DNA from: Escherichia coli
GTDB lineage: Bacteria; Pseudomonadota; Gammaproteobacteria; Enterobacterales; Enterobacteriaceae
DNA length: 64,000 nt
Reading direction: 5' to 3' (one strand)
Assembly (NCBI RefSeq): GCF_030384885.1
Contig: NZ_CP128613.1
The notes beneath the pieces were generated by a model. That model was not told the DNA's origin. It ran no database searches and saw only the letters and a list, made by a program, of their open reading frames with translations. Positions 8,408 through 18,644 of this stretch are shown here, one piece after another; position 1 is the stretch's first letter; every line of letters begins with the position of its first letter. A program made the translations under genes and the position numbers.

Positions 8408-9799
8408 ATGCTGGCTTTCTTAAACCAGGTTCGCAAGCCGACCCTGGATCTTCCGCTCGAAGTGCGGCGCAAAATGTGGTTCAAACCGTTCATGCAATCC
8501 TACCTGGTGGTCTTTATCGGCTACCTGACGATGTACCTGATTCGCAAGAACTTTAACATCGCGCAGAACGACATGATCTCGACCTACGGCTTGAGCATGA
8601 CGCAGCTGGGGATGATCGGCCTGGGCTTCTCCATCACTTATGGCGTGGGTAAAACACTGGTTTCCTATTACGCTGACGGCAAAAACACCAAACAATTCCT
8701 GCCGTTCATGCTGATCTTGTCTGCCATTTGTATGTTGGGCTTCAGTGCCAGTATGGGCAGCGGCTCGGTTAGTCTGTTCCTGATGATTGCCTTCTACGCC
8801 TTAAGCGGCTTTTTCCAGAGTACCGGGGGATCGTGCAGTTACTCCACCATCACCAAATGGACGCCGCGTCGTAAGCGCGGGACGTTCCTCGGTTTCTGGA
8901 ATATTTCTCACAATCTTGGCGGTGCGGGCGCGGCAGGTGTGGCGCTGTTCGGCGCAAATTACCTGTTTGACGGCCATGTGATCGGCATGTTTATCTTCCC
9001 GTCCATCATCGCGTTGATTGTCGGTTTTATCGGCCTGCGTTACGGCAGCGACTCCCCGGAATCTTATGGCCTCGGCAAAGCTGAAGAACTGTTCGGCGAA
9101 GAGATCAGCGAAGAGGACAAAGAGACAGAATCTACCGATATGACCAAGTGGCAGATCTTTGTTGAGTATGTGCTGAAAAACAAAGTGATCTGGCTGCTGT
9201 GCTTCGCCAACATTTTCCTCTATGTGGTACGTATTGGTATCGACCAGTGGTCAACCGTATACGCGTTCCAGGAACTGAAACTCTCTAAAGCGGTGGCGAT
9301 TCAGGGCTTTACGCTGTTTGAAGCTGGTGCGCTGGTCGGTACGCTGCTGTGGGGCTGGCTCTCTGACCTGGCGAACGGTCGCCGTGGCCTGGTGGCCTGC
9401 ATCGCGCTGGCGCTGATTATCGCCACGCTCGGTGTGTATCAACACGCCAGCAATCAATATATCTACCTGGCTTCTCTCTTTGCGTTGGGTTTCCTGGTCT
9501 TTGGCCCGCAATTGTTGATTGGTGTGGCTGCTGTTGGCTTTGTACCTAAAAAAGCGATTGGCGCTGCCGATGGTATTAAAGGCACCTTCGCTTACCTGAT
9601 TGGTGACAGCTTTGCCAAGTTAGGGCTGGGGATGATTGCCGATGGGACGCCGGTATTCGGCCTTACCGGCTGGGCAGGCACCTTCGCCGCGCTGGATATC
9701 GCCGCGATTGGTTGTATCTGCCTGATGGCGATAGTGGCGGTGATGGAAGAACGCAAAATCCGCCGCGAGAAAAAGATTCAGCAGTTGACAGTGGCATAA
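8408..9799 (+). CDS. uhpT: Hexose-6-phosphate:phosphate antiporter
   Basis: 463-aa MFS protein, [28 protein letters not shown]..., matches UhpT. Confidence 0.95.
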   Translation: MLAFLNQVRKPTLDLPLEVRRKMWFKPFMQSYLVVFIGYLTMYLIRKNFNIAQNDMISTYGLSMTQLGMIGLGFSITYGVGKTLVSYYADGKNTKQFLPFMLILSAICMLGFSASMGSGSVSLFLMIAFYALSGFFQSTGGSCSYSTITKWTPRRKRGTFLGFWNISHNLGGAGAAGVALFGANYLFDGHVIGMFIFPSIIALIVGFIGLRYGSDSPESYGLGKAEELFGEEISEEDKETESTDMTKWQIFVEYVLKNKVIWLLCFANIFLYVVRIGIDQWSTVYAFQELKLSKAVAIQGFTLFEAGALVGTLLWGWLSDLANGRRGLVACIALALIIATLGVYQHASNQYIYLASLFALGFLVFGPQLLIGVAAVGFVPKKAIGAADGIKGTFAYLIGDSFAKLGLGMIADGTPVFGLTGWAGTFAALDIAAIGCICLMAIVAVMEERKIRREKKIQQLTVA

Positions 9800-9817
9800 A
9801 CGTAACTGGTGACTTTT

Positions 9818-9845
9818 GCCCGGCATGACGCCGGGCTTTTTTTTA
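9818..9845. terminator. Hairpin plus T-run between the convergent uhpT and ade remnant
   Basis: GCCCGGC-ATGAC-GCCGGGC followed by T8. Confidence 0.7.
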
Positions 9846-10361
9846 TTATTCCGTGACTTCCAGCGTGGTGAAGGCAAACTTCTCGCCATCAAACAGCCCC
9901 TGACTGGTTAGTTTCAGCGCGGGGATCACTGGCAGGGAAAGAAACGCCATCTGAATAAACGGCTCATCCGGTAACGGACCACATTCACGGGCGGCAGCTT
10001 TCAATGCGTCAATTTGCTCCGCCAGCGATTGTGCCGTGTCGGTGCTCATCAGCCCGGCAATGGGCAATGGCAGATGGCTCTGTACCTGACCGTTACGTAC
10101 TACGCATAGTCCGCCGCCATCCTGAATCACCTGATTGACCGCCAGCGCCATCTCTTCGGCACTACGACCGATCACCACAATATTATGGCTGTCATGGCTG
10201 ACCGTCGCAGCCAGCGCGCCTTCATTCAGGCCAAAACCGCCGAGCAAACCACAGGCTGGAGCCAGTCTTTTCCCGTAACGCTCAAGTACGGCAATAAAGC
10301 ACACATCATCGCGATCAAAACCATTTTCGCTGTAGACGCTGGAGCGGGAGTGCGTAATCAA
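9846..10361 (-). pseudogene. ade: Adenine deaminase, 3' remnant only (C-terminal ~170 codons)
   Basis: The translation ...[19 protein letters not shown]...[10 protein letters not shown] matches the C-terminus of E. coli Ade. Homology stops abruptly at about 10361, where Ig-repeat coding sequence on the other strand begins. Confidence 0.85.
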
Positions 10362-12107
10362 TTCGTTATGGATAACCTGGTTGAAGGGGGCGAGTCCTTA
10401 CTGTCTGGTGATAACGTAATAGTGGAAGGAGCCGTACGTTCAGGAGGATGGTCTGAAACCGCCGGTGTTTATACTGCTACATGGTCGGCGCAAATGGCGG
10501 GAGACTCTCACCACGCGACGTTGACTTTGCCTGAGTGGGGCAGCAGTAAACAATCAGAGAGTTATTCCATCCACAGTGGTGCTCCGGTGCAAACAAATTC
10601 AGCCATCAGGACAGATAAAACGACATATATCGCCGGGGAGTCATTAACTGTCACAGTAACGTTGCGGGATGAGTTTGGTAACCCGGCTTTAGGGCTGACA
10701 TCAGGAGTTATCGAATCATATATCGATAATTTTACGGTGGGCGGCGCAGTCCCCGATTCGATGCAATGGGTCGAACAGAATAATGGTGAATATACCATGA
10801 TCTGGACAGCATGGTTTGCCGAGAAAAATTTGGTTGCCAGTCTGAAATTAAAAACATGGGCAACGGAGATTGATTCCGCGCTATACGGGATACAACCAGG
10901 TGCAGCAGCAAAAACTCAGTCCACGATTATCACGGACAAAACGGTATATATCGCTGGGGAGAGCATAACGGTGACTGTTGTACTTAGTGATGCTCAGGGT
11001 AACTTTATTACTGATGGTGTCGCTCAGCTTAATGAGGAAAACGTAAAAGTCAGGAATGCAGATCCTATCCAGGGTAATAATTGGATATACAACGGCAATG
11101 GGCAATATCAAAGACAGTATATGGCGCATTTCGCGGAAGTGAATTTGAATGCACAACTGAAGATGGTTGGTTGGAGCGATGCCAATTATTCAAATAATTA
11201 TACTATTAAACCGGGTGAAGCGAGTCCGCATGGTTCACAGCTTCGTATAAGAGATGATGTTGTGGTTGTTGGGGCGGATTTACCTGTCAGTGTTTTATTA
11301 GCTGATGATTTTGGTAACCCGTTGGATAACGGTCTGGATTTGCTGGATAATGCAGTGTACTTACAAAATGTGGAGAAGAAAGAAGGGGCTAAATGGATAT
11401 ATTTGGGTGATGGCATATATGAGCGTACCTATATGGCCTACAAAGAAGGAGAGAACTTAAATTCATTTCTGCAGATTAACGGTTGGCGTGTAAACGGGCA
11501 ACCTTCCTATACCATCCTTCCTTTTGTAGTAGTCGATTCTCTGAGTGTGAATGGTGCAATATTCAGGGCGATAGATGGTTTTCCTGAAACAGGATTTGAT
11601 GGGGCTAAATTCACCTTAGTATTAACCCATAATATGAAGAATACAGATTATGATTGGACGGCAGGCATCTATGGTATTAATGTTAACAATAATGGAGAAG
11701 TCACAATAAGTCTGCCCCTAAATAGTGAAATCACTATTACCGGGAAACCAAAAGATGGTAAAGGGAATAATGTTGTATTCAAATTCAAGATGAAAAAATG
11801 GTTTACTAGTTTAGGTGCTGCCAGTAATAACACTTGGGATATTATAAATGCATCATGCAATAGCTATGGACAAGTGGCGTCATCTTTAGAATTAGCGCAG
11901 CGACCAAGTAGTGGTGTAGTTCCACGAAAAGTAGGTACGTTGTGGGGAGAATATGGTAATTTGAAAGCTTATGGCAGTACATTTAGCAGTACGGATTACT
12001 GGACAAGTACTGTACTTATAGGGGTTCACGAGAAATTCAATCCTGAAACTGGTATATCAACACCAGGATCAGGAAAGTCTTCTGGTTTGTGTGTGAGATA
12101 TTTTTAA
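10362..12107 (+). pseudogene. Invasin/intimin-family Ig-repeat adhesin, 5'-truncated C-terminal ~580 codons (air/eaeX-like)
   Basis: There are tandem ~105-aa Big-type repeats plus a C-terminal domain, but no signal peptide, beta-barrel or own start. The track ORF start at 10185 lies antisense inside the ade remnant. Confidence 0.75.
10563..11507 (+). repeat. Three tandem ~105-aa Ig-like coding repeats (units start at about 10563, 10884 and 11199), preceded by a partial unit
   Basis: Recurrent pattern Y-I-PG...TDKT-YIAGES-TVTV-L-D-GN...W...G-Y...Y-A with a period of 315-321 nt. Confidence 0.7.
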
Positions 12108-12120
12108 CGAAATAACTACT

Positions 12121-12148
12121 AAATTGCCCTGCATCAGCAGGGCAATTT
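12121..12148. terminator. Bidirectional hairpin between the convergent adhesin remnant and eilA-like gene
   Basis: AAATTGCCCTGC-ATCA-GCAGGGCAATTT. Confidence 0.65.
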
Positions 12149-12158
12149 CTCTTCGTTC

Positions 12159-13856
12159 TTACGCAGAAGTACGCATCGCACTGATAGTATTAAATTCATT
12201 TTTTACATTGAGCAAACGAGGGTCGTGAAGCAAAACATTTGACCATAAATCATTGTCTTTAACTAATTGTTGCCAGCGCTTTTCATATTCTTTTTTACCA
12301 TAAACAGTGTAAATTAATGGCAAAATCACACCATTTATTTTGTTGGTGTTAATATTAGCCAACAACTTCATAATGTCATTTTTTATAGATGCACCATAGA
12401 TCAAAAACTTTGTATAAAGCGAGTTAACACAGCTGTAATCAAGATCATGCTCAGGATCAAGTTTAAGCAATAAACTTTTGGCTTTGTCATTATGTCCTTT
12501 CAGTGCCATGAACATAGCCAGAATAGAGGTAATAATTGGATTATTACAGGTGTTTTGACTGTTAAGATTTAACGCAAAAGATATCGCGTTATCGAGTGAT
12601 GATGTGTAATAAAGTATAATTAGTTTAAGAACACTTATACCCATTTTATTGGGCTCAAGAGTAATGCTTTTTTCTATTAAATTAAACGCTCTTGCAAGGT
12701 CGCCGTTCAAAAAACATAGCAGCGACTGATAATAATAAACGTCTGGTGAATTAGGTTTGAGTAAATGTGCTTGTTTAAATAGCACATTAGACACTGAATG
12801 TTCATCTTTTAGCCCACTGATTAAACCTAGCAATCCTAATGCCTGAGAATTTGAAGGGTTAATTTCCAGAGCCTTTTCTATGGCTGTTATTGCTGTTTTT
12901 ATAGCTTGCTTTTGTTCACTGAGCCCAAGGAGTGCCAATGATATATGGCATTCCGCCAGACAGCAGTAGGGCAAGGTATTTTGTGGTTGCGTACTCACAC
13001 AATCTCTAAATATTACTAACGCTCGTTTCAAACTATCTGGTGTATAACGGTACATTTCCATTCTGCCATTCATATACATAACAGCAGAATCCAGAGATGG
13101 CATTTGTTGTGTATTAATAGATTTAAAATTAATATTGGGTATTTTTTCAATAAGAATATTAATTACTTGTGATAATAATACGGAAAGAGGATTGTCGGGG
13201 TTAAAATCAATACTTTGATGATCAATCAACTTATGCGTTCTGGCATGAATTAATTCAATAAATAAACGCCAGTTTTTACCATAGTGAACGACCTGACCCA
13301 TAATGTAATATTCTGGGCCTGTTTTATTAATAAACTGATGGATAGTAGAAAAATCGCTTGCCTCATTCGTTACCGAGGCAGGTAAAATATCTAAACCACA
13401 AAAAGCATATTTTGAAAGGCCCTGCACAAGTTCGTAATGCAGTTTTAGAACATTGATCGAACCTTCAGTACGAAATGGAAAAACAGCAAGAGTGGTAGTC
13501 GACTTTACCGGTTCATTATCGGTTACAATCACAATGGGTACAGTAAAACGGTATCCACGACCATAGACCGTTTCGATATACTTACACTGTTTATTCTCAT
13601 GCAAAAGTTTGCGCAATGCATAAATACACCGTGTTAAAGATTCATCACTGGCAACACTTGCGCTCCAGACCTTATCAATAATCTCTTCTTTGCTAACAAT
13701 TTCACCGTCAGCATTAAGTAATAGAATAATAACGCCAAGTTCTTTCGGGGGAATATGATATTCTTTGTTTTTGAATAATAATATTCCATTGTTTTTTAAT
13801 ACAAAGTCGCCAAATATATATTGTTGTGTATTATTTTTTCCATGTTGCAGTTGCAT
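12159..13856 (-). CDS. eilA: HilA-like transcriptional regulator (OmpR/ToxR-type winged helix plus TPR-like C-terminal region)
   Basis: The 565-aa protein is alignable by eye along its length with Salmonella HilA (IPPKE..V..LL.A.GEIVSK, ESLTRCIYALR, YIET.YG.GYRF, PQALGLLGL, LFKQA.LL.P). SD GGAAGGAG. The symbol follows the EAEC 042 nomenclature as I recall it. Confidence 0.85.
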   Translation of the reverse strand: MQLQHGKNNTQQYIFGDFVLKNNGILLFKNKEYHIPPKELGVIILLLNADGEIVSKEEIIDKVWSASVASDESLTRCIYALRKLLHENKQCKYIETVYGRGYRFTVPIVIVTDNEPVKSTTTLAVFPFRTEGSINVLKLHYELVQGLSKYAFCGLDILPASVTNEASDFSTIHQFINKTGPEYYIMGQVVHYGKNWRLFIELIHARTHKLIDHQSIDFNPDNPLSVLLSQVINILIEKIPNINFKSINTQQMPSLDSAVMYMNGRMEMYRYTPDSLKRALVIFRDCVSTQPQNTLPYCCLAECHISLALLGLSEQKQAIKTAITAIEKALEINPSNSQALGLLGLISGLKDEHSVSNVLFKQAHLLKPNSPDVYYYQSLLCFLNGDLARAFNLIEKSITLEPNKMGISVLKLIILYYTSSLDNAISFALNLNSQNTCNNPIITSILAMFMALKGHNDKAKSLLLKLDPEHDLDYSCVNSLYTKFLIYGASIKNDIMKLLANINTNKINGVILPLIYTVYGKKEYEKRWQQLVKDNDLWSNVLLHDPRLLNVKNEFNTISAMRTSA

Positions 13857-13930
13857 AGAACGCTCCTTCCGTTTTCTCTATTCATAGTATTAATTTGATC
13901 AATATAAAATAAAGTATTGGCAGAATTGCT

Positions 13931-13948
13931 CTATCAAAAAACGCTCAT
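13931..13948 (-). promoter_or_regulatory. Conserved box copy D (AAAATGAGCGTTTTTTGATAG on the minus strand), ~92 nt upstream of the eilA ATG
   Basis: 17/18 match to copies A and B, in the same orientation as the downstream gene. Confidence 0.5.
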
Positions 13949-14058
13949 TTTGTAAGATTGTGATGAAGAAATGAATGAAAGCTGATGCTTAATAATATGA
14001 AACGCTGGTCCCATTTTACGAGACCAGATAGTGGACTATAATATTTGGCGTTACTTAA

Positions 14059-15408
14059 TCAGAAACGTAAATAATCTTTCGCTGAATCAAATAATGCTGT
14101 AATGGTTGACGATAATAATTTTATAATCGTATCGTAGGTGGAGTTGGCTGTGCTGTATTTAGTCGTGATAACCTGTACATCGGTTTTCATGTTTTCTGCT
14201 TGCCCATTATAACCCGCTAACCATGCCTGGTATTCAGCTGTGCTTATTTCATAACCGGTGAATTCTTTAGATATATTTTTTTCCTTCCCTTTATTATCCC
14301 TGTGCACCATTGAATCTGAAGATTGACTCATACTGTCAATAATCTGAGGGTTGGGAATAATAACATATAAACCGCTACCTTGTGGTTCAACTTCGACAAT
14401 CGGAGAAGGTGTGCGGTGTTTGGGATCGGGTGGAATTACCGGAAGTCCTAAAGCGGCGCACCATTTTTCTGCTTCTTCCAATGGAACACCAATTTTGTCA
14501 GCAGGTGCCGGAGGGTATAAAACATAGTCTGGATTGTAATGATAGTGGAAATCACCATTAGGATATTTATCGATATAATAAAAATGCATCAAGGCCTTTT
14601 GAAATGCATTGACATCAAAAATTATCGCATCGCCTTTTTTATTAGAGTGAGTCCATTTTCCCATATTGCTTTGGATATGTTCACTGAAGTCCTGCCAGTA
14701 TGCGCTCATTATCTCAACGCTATTCGCATAAATTTCGAGGTAGTCGCTACCGAGCACACTCATCAAATCAGCAATATCACTGCATATATATTTATCACTT
14801 TTAAATTCGTTTGAACTACTGGCCGTTAAAGTACTGCTGGTTGCTGAACTTCTCATTTCAGGCGCAGAACTCTCTAAAGAAGCGATAGCGTGATTTAAGG
14901 TATCTTTGGTCGATGCCATTGCACTTGACCCGGTTTTGTTGTGAGCAACGTTAGCCAGGGTTTTTCTCACAGAGTTATGCAAGGTCAATATTTTAGCGGG
15001 ATCCGTTAATTTTCCGTCAATAGTATTAACATTTTCTGTAAGCTGCAGAACTTTTTTTATCAGCGAATAACTTTCGTGTAAGAGCGCAGATCCTTTCTCT
15101 GATAGGTTCTCAGTTGGGAAATTTCTGAGCATGTTTTTAACGAAGTTGAGTTGTATGTCATGCTGGCATTTCCAGTCTTCATTTCGCGGGCTACGTTCAC
15201 TGACTAAAGTTGATAGTTTTTCAACATCTTTCTTGAGCATAGCGCCAATATTATTATCCTTACTGGCGCTGTTATACAAATTACCCTCGCTTTTGCTGTT
15301 TTCCAGTTGATGAGGCTCCTCACTTTGCGAGGATGCCTCTTTAAGAGGAATGTTTGCATTCTGCTGACGTAAAATATCTATATTTAAATTATTATCTTTA
15401 TTAATCAT
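14059..15408 (-). CDS. eipD: T3SS needle-tip protein, SipD/IpaD family
   Basis: The C-terminal block YQAWLAGYNGQAENMKTDVQVITTKYSTANSTYDTIIKLLSSTITA is alignable with SipD [55 protein letters not shown]. Confidence 0.85.
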   Translation of the reverse strand: MINKDNNLNIDILRQQNANIPLKEASSQSEEPHQLENSKSEGNLYNSASKDNNIGAMLKKDVEKLSTLVSERSPRNEDWKCQHDIQLNFVKNMLRNFPTENLSEKGSALLHESYSLIKKVLQLTENVNTIDGKLTDPAKILTLHNSVRKTLANVAHNKTGSSAMASTKDTLNHAIASLESSAPEMRSSATSSTLTASSSNEFKSDKYICSDIADLMSVLGSDYLEIYANSVEIMSAYWQDFSEHIQSNMGKWTHSNKKGDAIIFDVNAFQKALMHFYYIDKYPNGDFHYHYNPDYVLYPPAPADKIGVPLEEAEKWCAALGLPVIPPDPKHRTPSPIVEVEPQGSGLYVIIPNPQIIDSMSQSSDSMVHRDNKGKEKNISKEFTGYEISTAEYQAWLAGYNGQAENMKTDVQVITTKYSTANSTYDTIIKLLSSTITALFDSAKDYLRF

Positions 15409-15451
15409 GTGTCATTCCTCCTTAAATATAATTAACTATTATTGCAATAAT

Positions 15452-16603
15452 TTATGAGCGAATGCCTTGAACGATAGCACTATCAGTATCAATAATGGTT
15501 TGTATTATTTGCTGTAATAAATTGAGTGCCTGATCTCTTCCTTGAACATCACGATTAATTTGATCCAGATAGCTACTCATAACTGAATGCATCACATTTT
15601 TAGCTTGCTCAACAATTTCTTTTTCTGCATGAGTAGTACTTTCTAGAATTCTAAGTGATGCTTGAGTTGATTGATTAACAAGCTGTGAAAGTACATCTGC
15701 TTTACCTATAGTAAAATATTTATTATATCTTTTGTTATGTTTTATACTAATACGCTCGTTTTTATCTCTAATCTTTTCTTCCGTAGTTTCTTTTTCTTTA
15801 TCGTAATATTTCAGGGTCTCTTCTTTTTGTTCTTCATCAAGTGTTGTATCTTTCGTTGTTGTTTTTATTTCTTCATCTATTTGCTTGAGATAAGCTTGTT
15901 GATCTTGAACTTCCCTTTTTAATCCTCGCTGTGTTTTATCATCAGTTCCACTGATAGTGTGCTTCTGATCAGGTGTAAGGGTTTGCATCTTTTCGGGAGG
16001 GCTTCTGAAATTTGCTACAACAGATGCTGCAGCTCCGGCTGCGCCAATTGTTGACCCGGCAAGAACACCAGCCGAACTTGCCATTGTAGCGTGTACGGTT
16101 TCTGTTTTCTGATACTGGACAAGTTGTTCAAAAACGTTGCTCATAATAGCCTCAGACATAGCAGAGGCTTTATACATTGATGTGAATACCCTTAAAAATT
16201 CCTCCATAACAGCCTGTTGTCGCATGGTCAAATTATCTAGCATATCAAGGATATTATATTTAGATATTTTAACAGAACTCTGTTCTGCAGAACTGCTTGA
16301 TTGACTGGATGAAATTGTAGCTTGGTCAAGGTCACCCCTCAAATTATCTAGCGTACTCCTTGAGTAATTAAGATTATCCAATAGTTTTACTCTTAGTTCC
16401 GGACAGACTTCTCTGTCTGTATTTTTTAATATTATAAACTGAGAGCTTATGTCATGATTAATATCTTTAAGGTTATAGTATTGCACAATTTTATTATCAT
16501 TTGGTATGTTGTTTTTTTTACTATAATCTCTATCAAAGATTGTTTTATCAAGACTGTTAATATTAGATGTGCTGGACGCATTTTTAATTTCATAGGTGGC
16601 CAT
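15452..16603 (-). CDS. eipC: T3SS minor translocator, SipC/IpaC family
   Basis: The call rests on position between the SipB-like and SipD-like genes, a central hydrophobic segment (AGVLAGSTIGAAGAAASVVANF) and charged coiled-coil flanks. SD AGAGGG. Confidence 0.7.
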   Translation of the reverse strand: MATYEIKNASSTSNINSLDKTIFDRDYSKKNNIPNDNKIVQYYNLKDINHDISSQFIILKNTDREVCPELRVKLLDNLNYSRSTLDNLRGDLDQATISSSQSSSSAEQSSVKISKYNILDMLDNLTMRQQAVMEEFLRVFTSMYKASAMSEAIMSNVFEQLVQYQKTETVHATMASSAGVLAGSTIGAAGAAASVVANFRSPPEKMQTLTPDQKHTISGTDDKTQRGLKREVQDQQAYLKQIDEEIKTTTKDTTLDEEQKEETLKYYDKEKETTEEKIRDKNERISIKHNKRYNKYFTIGKADVLSQLVNQSTQASLRILESTTHAEKEIVEQAKNVMHSVMSSYLDQINRDVQGRDQALNLLQQIIQTIIDTDSAIVQGIRS

Positions 16604-16615
16604 GTTAAAACCCTC

Positions 16616-18397
16616 TTATACGATAGAATGGGAAGCAAATTTTAAGGCTTCAGTTCGGTGTTGTAATACTCGTACCATCTGGCTTACCTCTTGTTCGACG
16701 GTTTTATCCACCCTTTGCAATACTGAAAGCATTTGTTCACGCGTTTTTGATAGATTACTCATGTCCTGTTGTAAAATTGCCATGTCGGCAGAGTTTCCAG
16801 CAACAAAACAATTCATCGTCGATGTTGCTATTGCACAGATGAGTAAGCCTATTTTCTCCAGGCCATTACTTATTTTGGCAATCAACTTCAACACTACGGC
16901 TGATGTTTGTAGCACGCTGCATACGCTGTCTAATACCTTTATAATATTTTTTGAAACTGAATTAATAATTGATTCAATGGTTGATTTTATAGTGCTTGTT
17001 ATTTCTTTGGTGACTTCTTCGGCGGCTGTTTTTGATAATGCAGAAACAACGGCCCCTATTGCTACAGAACATATTACAGCTGCACCAATCATTACTGTCG
17101 CCATGACAATAGAAGCGGCTGCACTTGCGTAAATACTTTTAACCAGTTCAATCGTATCTTGATCGACACCAATAACGTCCAGAAGCGCGGTGATTGCGAG
17201 CAGAGTGGGATCAACTGTTTTAATCGCAGCCGAAAGACCTTCTACAACTTTCCCTAAAATCCAGCCGGTAGCCGTGGTGCCCAGAGCGATTTGACAAGTG
17301 ATATCTACACCTAATACTACTGCGCCCGCTATTCCTCCAATAAGTGCCAATGCACCCGCAATACTTGAACCACCACTTGGAACTGCAGCAAGAAGACCAA
17401 CAACAATTAAGACTGCGCTTACGGCAAAGGTAACTACAGTTACACACTCATTAACTATTTTTAAAACTTTAGTCGTGGTAGTATATTTATGTGCTGTTTC
17501 ATTGAGTTTATTTTCCCTGACATGGTTGATTTCTTTCATTACCTCAGATTGATTTTTAATAGATTCGCAATTTGTATCGCCAATAACTTCCATTACTGAG
17601 GTAATCAATAGAATAAATGTGGCTGTCGCGTTTCTGTTTTTCTGGTTTTCCTGTGTCAGGCAAATATTGGTGGTGAAGTTATTAATCTGTTCTTGCTGTT
17701 GAATTTCGTCAAAAACTTCCATACTTTGGCCGATCGCAGCATCAGCATCCATAATGGCTGTATTTAACGATTTCTCAGCTAACGATTTTTTTTGTAACGA
17801 CAGCGTGAGTGTTTTTTCAGCCGCATTTTTTTGCGTCAGTACTTTATTGTATTGTGGATCGTCTGGTTGCAGTTGCGACAACTCTTGACCCAATGTGTTG
17901 ACTTTTTTTTCCAGCGATTGCACTCTTTTATCGACTGCATTGTAATTATTGTTGGCCTGATGCAGATTATCGTTGGCTTTTTGCGCTGAATCTAATGATG
18001 AGGTGTAGGCGTCGCTTAATTCACGAAACTTATTATGTGCCATTTCGTGTCGAAGCAGGGTGTTGTCCAGGTTATTATGCAAGCGTGTAGTAATATCCTG
18101 ATCGGCAATGCCTGATAAATTACCCAAAATCATCGTCAGGCGGGCATCGTTCGTCTTTGCTGTAGTGGCGTTGTCTGAATCTGAAACCTGCATTTCAGGC
18201 GGAGCAAGCATAGGTTTGTTTTCAAGACGAGCGCGAATATCGTTATCAAGGGACTTCGGGTTTTTATTAAGCCGCATGGGATCAACTTGCGTTTTGTTGC
18301 TGTCCTGCAGTCTTTTTTCCGCATCGCTATACTGTGTGCGCAATGTTTCGCTGATTTGTTCAAACGTGATCGTCTGTCCCGTAATCGGTGCCGACAT
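16616..18397 (-). CDS. eipB: T3SS major translocator, SipB/IpaB family
   Basis: The 593-aa protein has N-terminal coiled coils and central hydrophobic hairpins (VVTFAVSAVLIVVGLLAAVPSGGSSIAGALALIGGIAGAVVLG) alignable with SipB. Strong [11 protein letters not shown]. Confidence 0.85.
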   Translation of the reverse strand: MSAPITGQTITFEQISETLRTQYSDAEKRLQDSNKTQVDPMRLNKNPKSLDNDIRARLENKPMLAPPEMQVSDSDNATTAKTNDARLTMILGNLSGIADQDITTRLHNNLDNTLLRHEMAHNKFRELSDAYTSSLDSAQKANDNLHQANNNYNAVDKRVQSLEKKVNTLGQELSQLQPDDPQYNKVLTQKNAAEKTLTLSLQKKSLAEKSLNTAIMDADAAIGQSMEVFDEIQQQEQINNFTTNICLTQENQKNRNATATFILLITSVMEVIGDTNCESIKNQSEVMKEINHVRENKLNETAHKYTTTTKVLKIVNECVTVVTFAVSAVLIVVGLLAAVPSGGSSIAGALALIGGIAGAVVLGVDITCQIALGTTATGWILGKVVEGLSAAIKTVDPTLLAITALLDVIGVDQDTIELVKSIYASAAASIVMATVMIGAAVICSVAIGAVVSALSKTAAEEVTKEITSTIKSTIESIINSVSKNIIKVLDSVCSVLQTSAVVLKLIAKISNGLEKIGLLICAIATSTMNCFVAGNSADMAILQQDMSNLSKTREQMLSVLQRVDKTVEQEVSQMVRVLQHRTEALKFASHSIV

Positions 18398-18452
18398 AAT
18401 TCACCTCCTTTTTAAGCTATCATCTGGCTTAATTAACTGTTTATTATTTAAC

Positions 18453-18635
18453 TCATGGCAGATGTTTATTTCCATCTAAAATGGCATCAACGGGAAAATA
18501 AGCAATGTGTTTATTGTTATTCTTCTCATTTATTTTATTGGCATGGTTGTTTTTTAAATCAATTGTTGCTTCCTCTTTATATTTCTTGGTTGCTTCTTCA
18601 GGCGTAAAAGGAGATTTTTTTACGTTTATGTTCAT
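18453..18635 (-). CDS. Possible small Lys/Asn-rich protein (60 aa) between the chaperone and translocator genes
   Basis: The ATG lies 9 nt after the eicA stop with only a weak SD. I recognise no homology, and the ORF could be chance in AT-rich DNA. Confidence 0.3.
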   Translation of the reverse strand: MNINVKKSPFTPEEATKKYKEEATIDLKNNHANKINEKNNNKHIAYFPVDAILDGNKHLP

Positions 18636-18644
18636 TTTGCCGAC

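Noticed and set aside
10185-10361. The N-terminal ~59 codons of the 640-aa adhesin-like ORF
   Set aside because: This part is the antisense strand of the ade remnant and has no adhesin, signal-peptide or beta-barrel features. The long ORF is an accident of the deletion junction, so the adhesin is called a pseudogene from 10362.
16596-17132. A 178-aa + strand ORF, together with other + strand ORFs at 17298-17552 and 18108-18479
   Set aside because: They are antisense to the SipB-like gene, have no SD sequences, and show the hydrophobic or odd composition expected from the complement of a membrane-protein gene.
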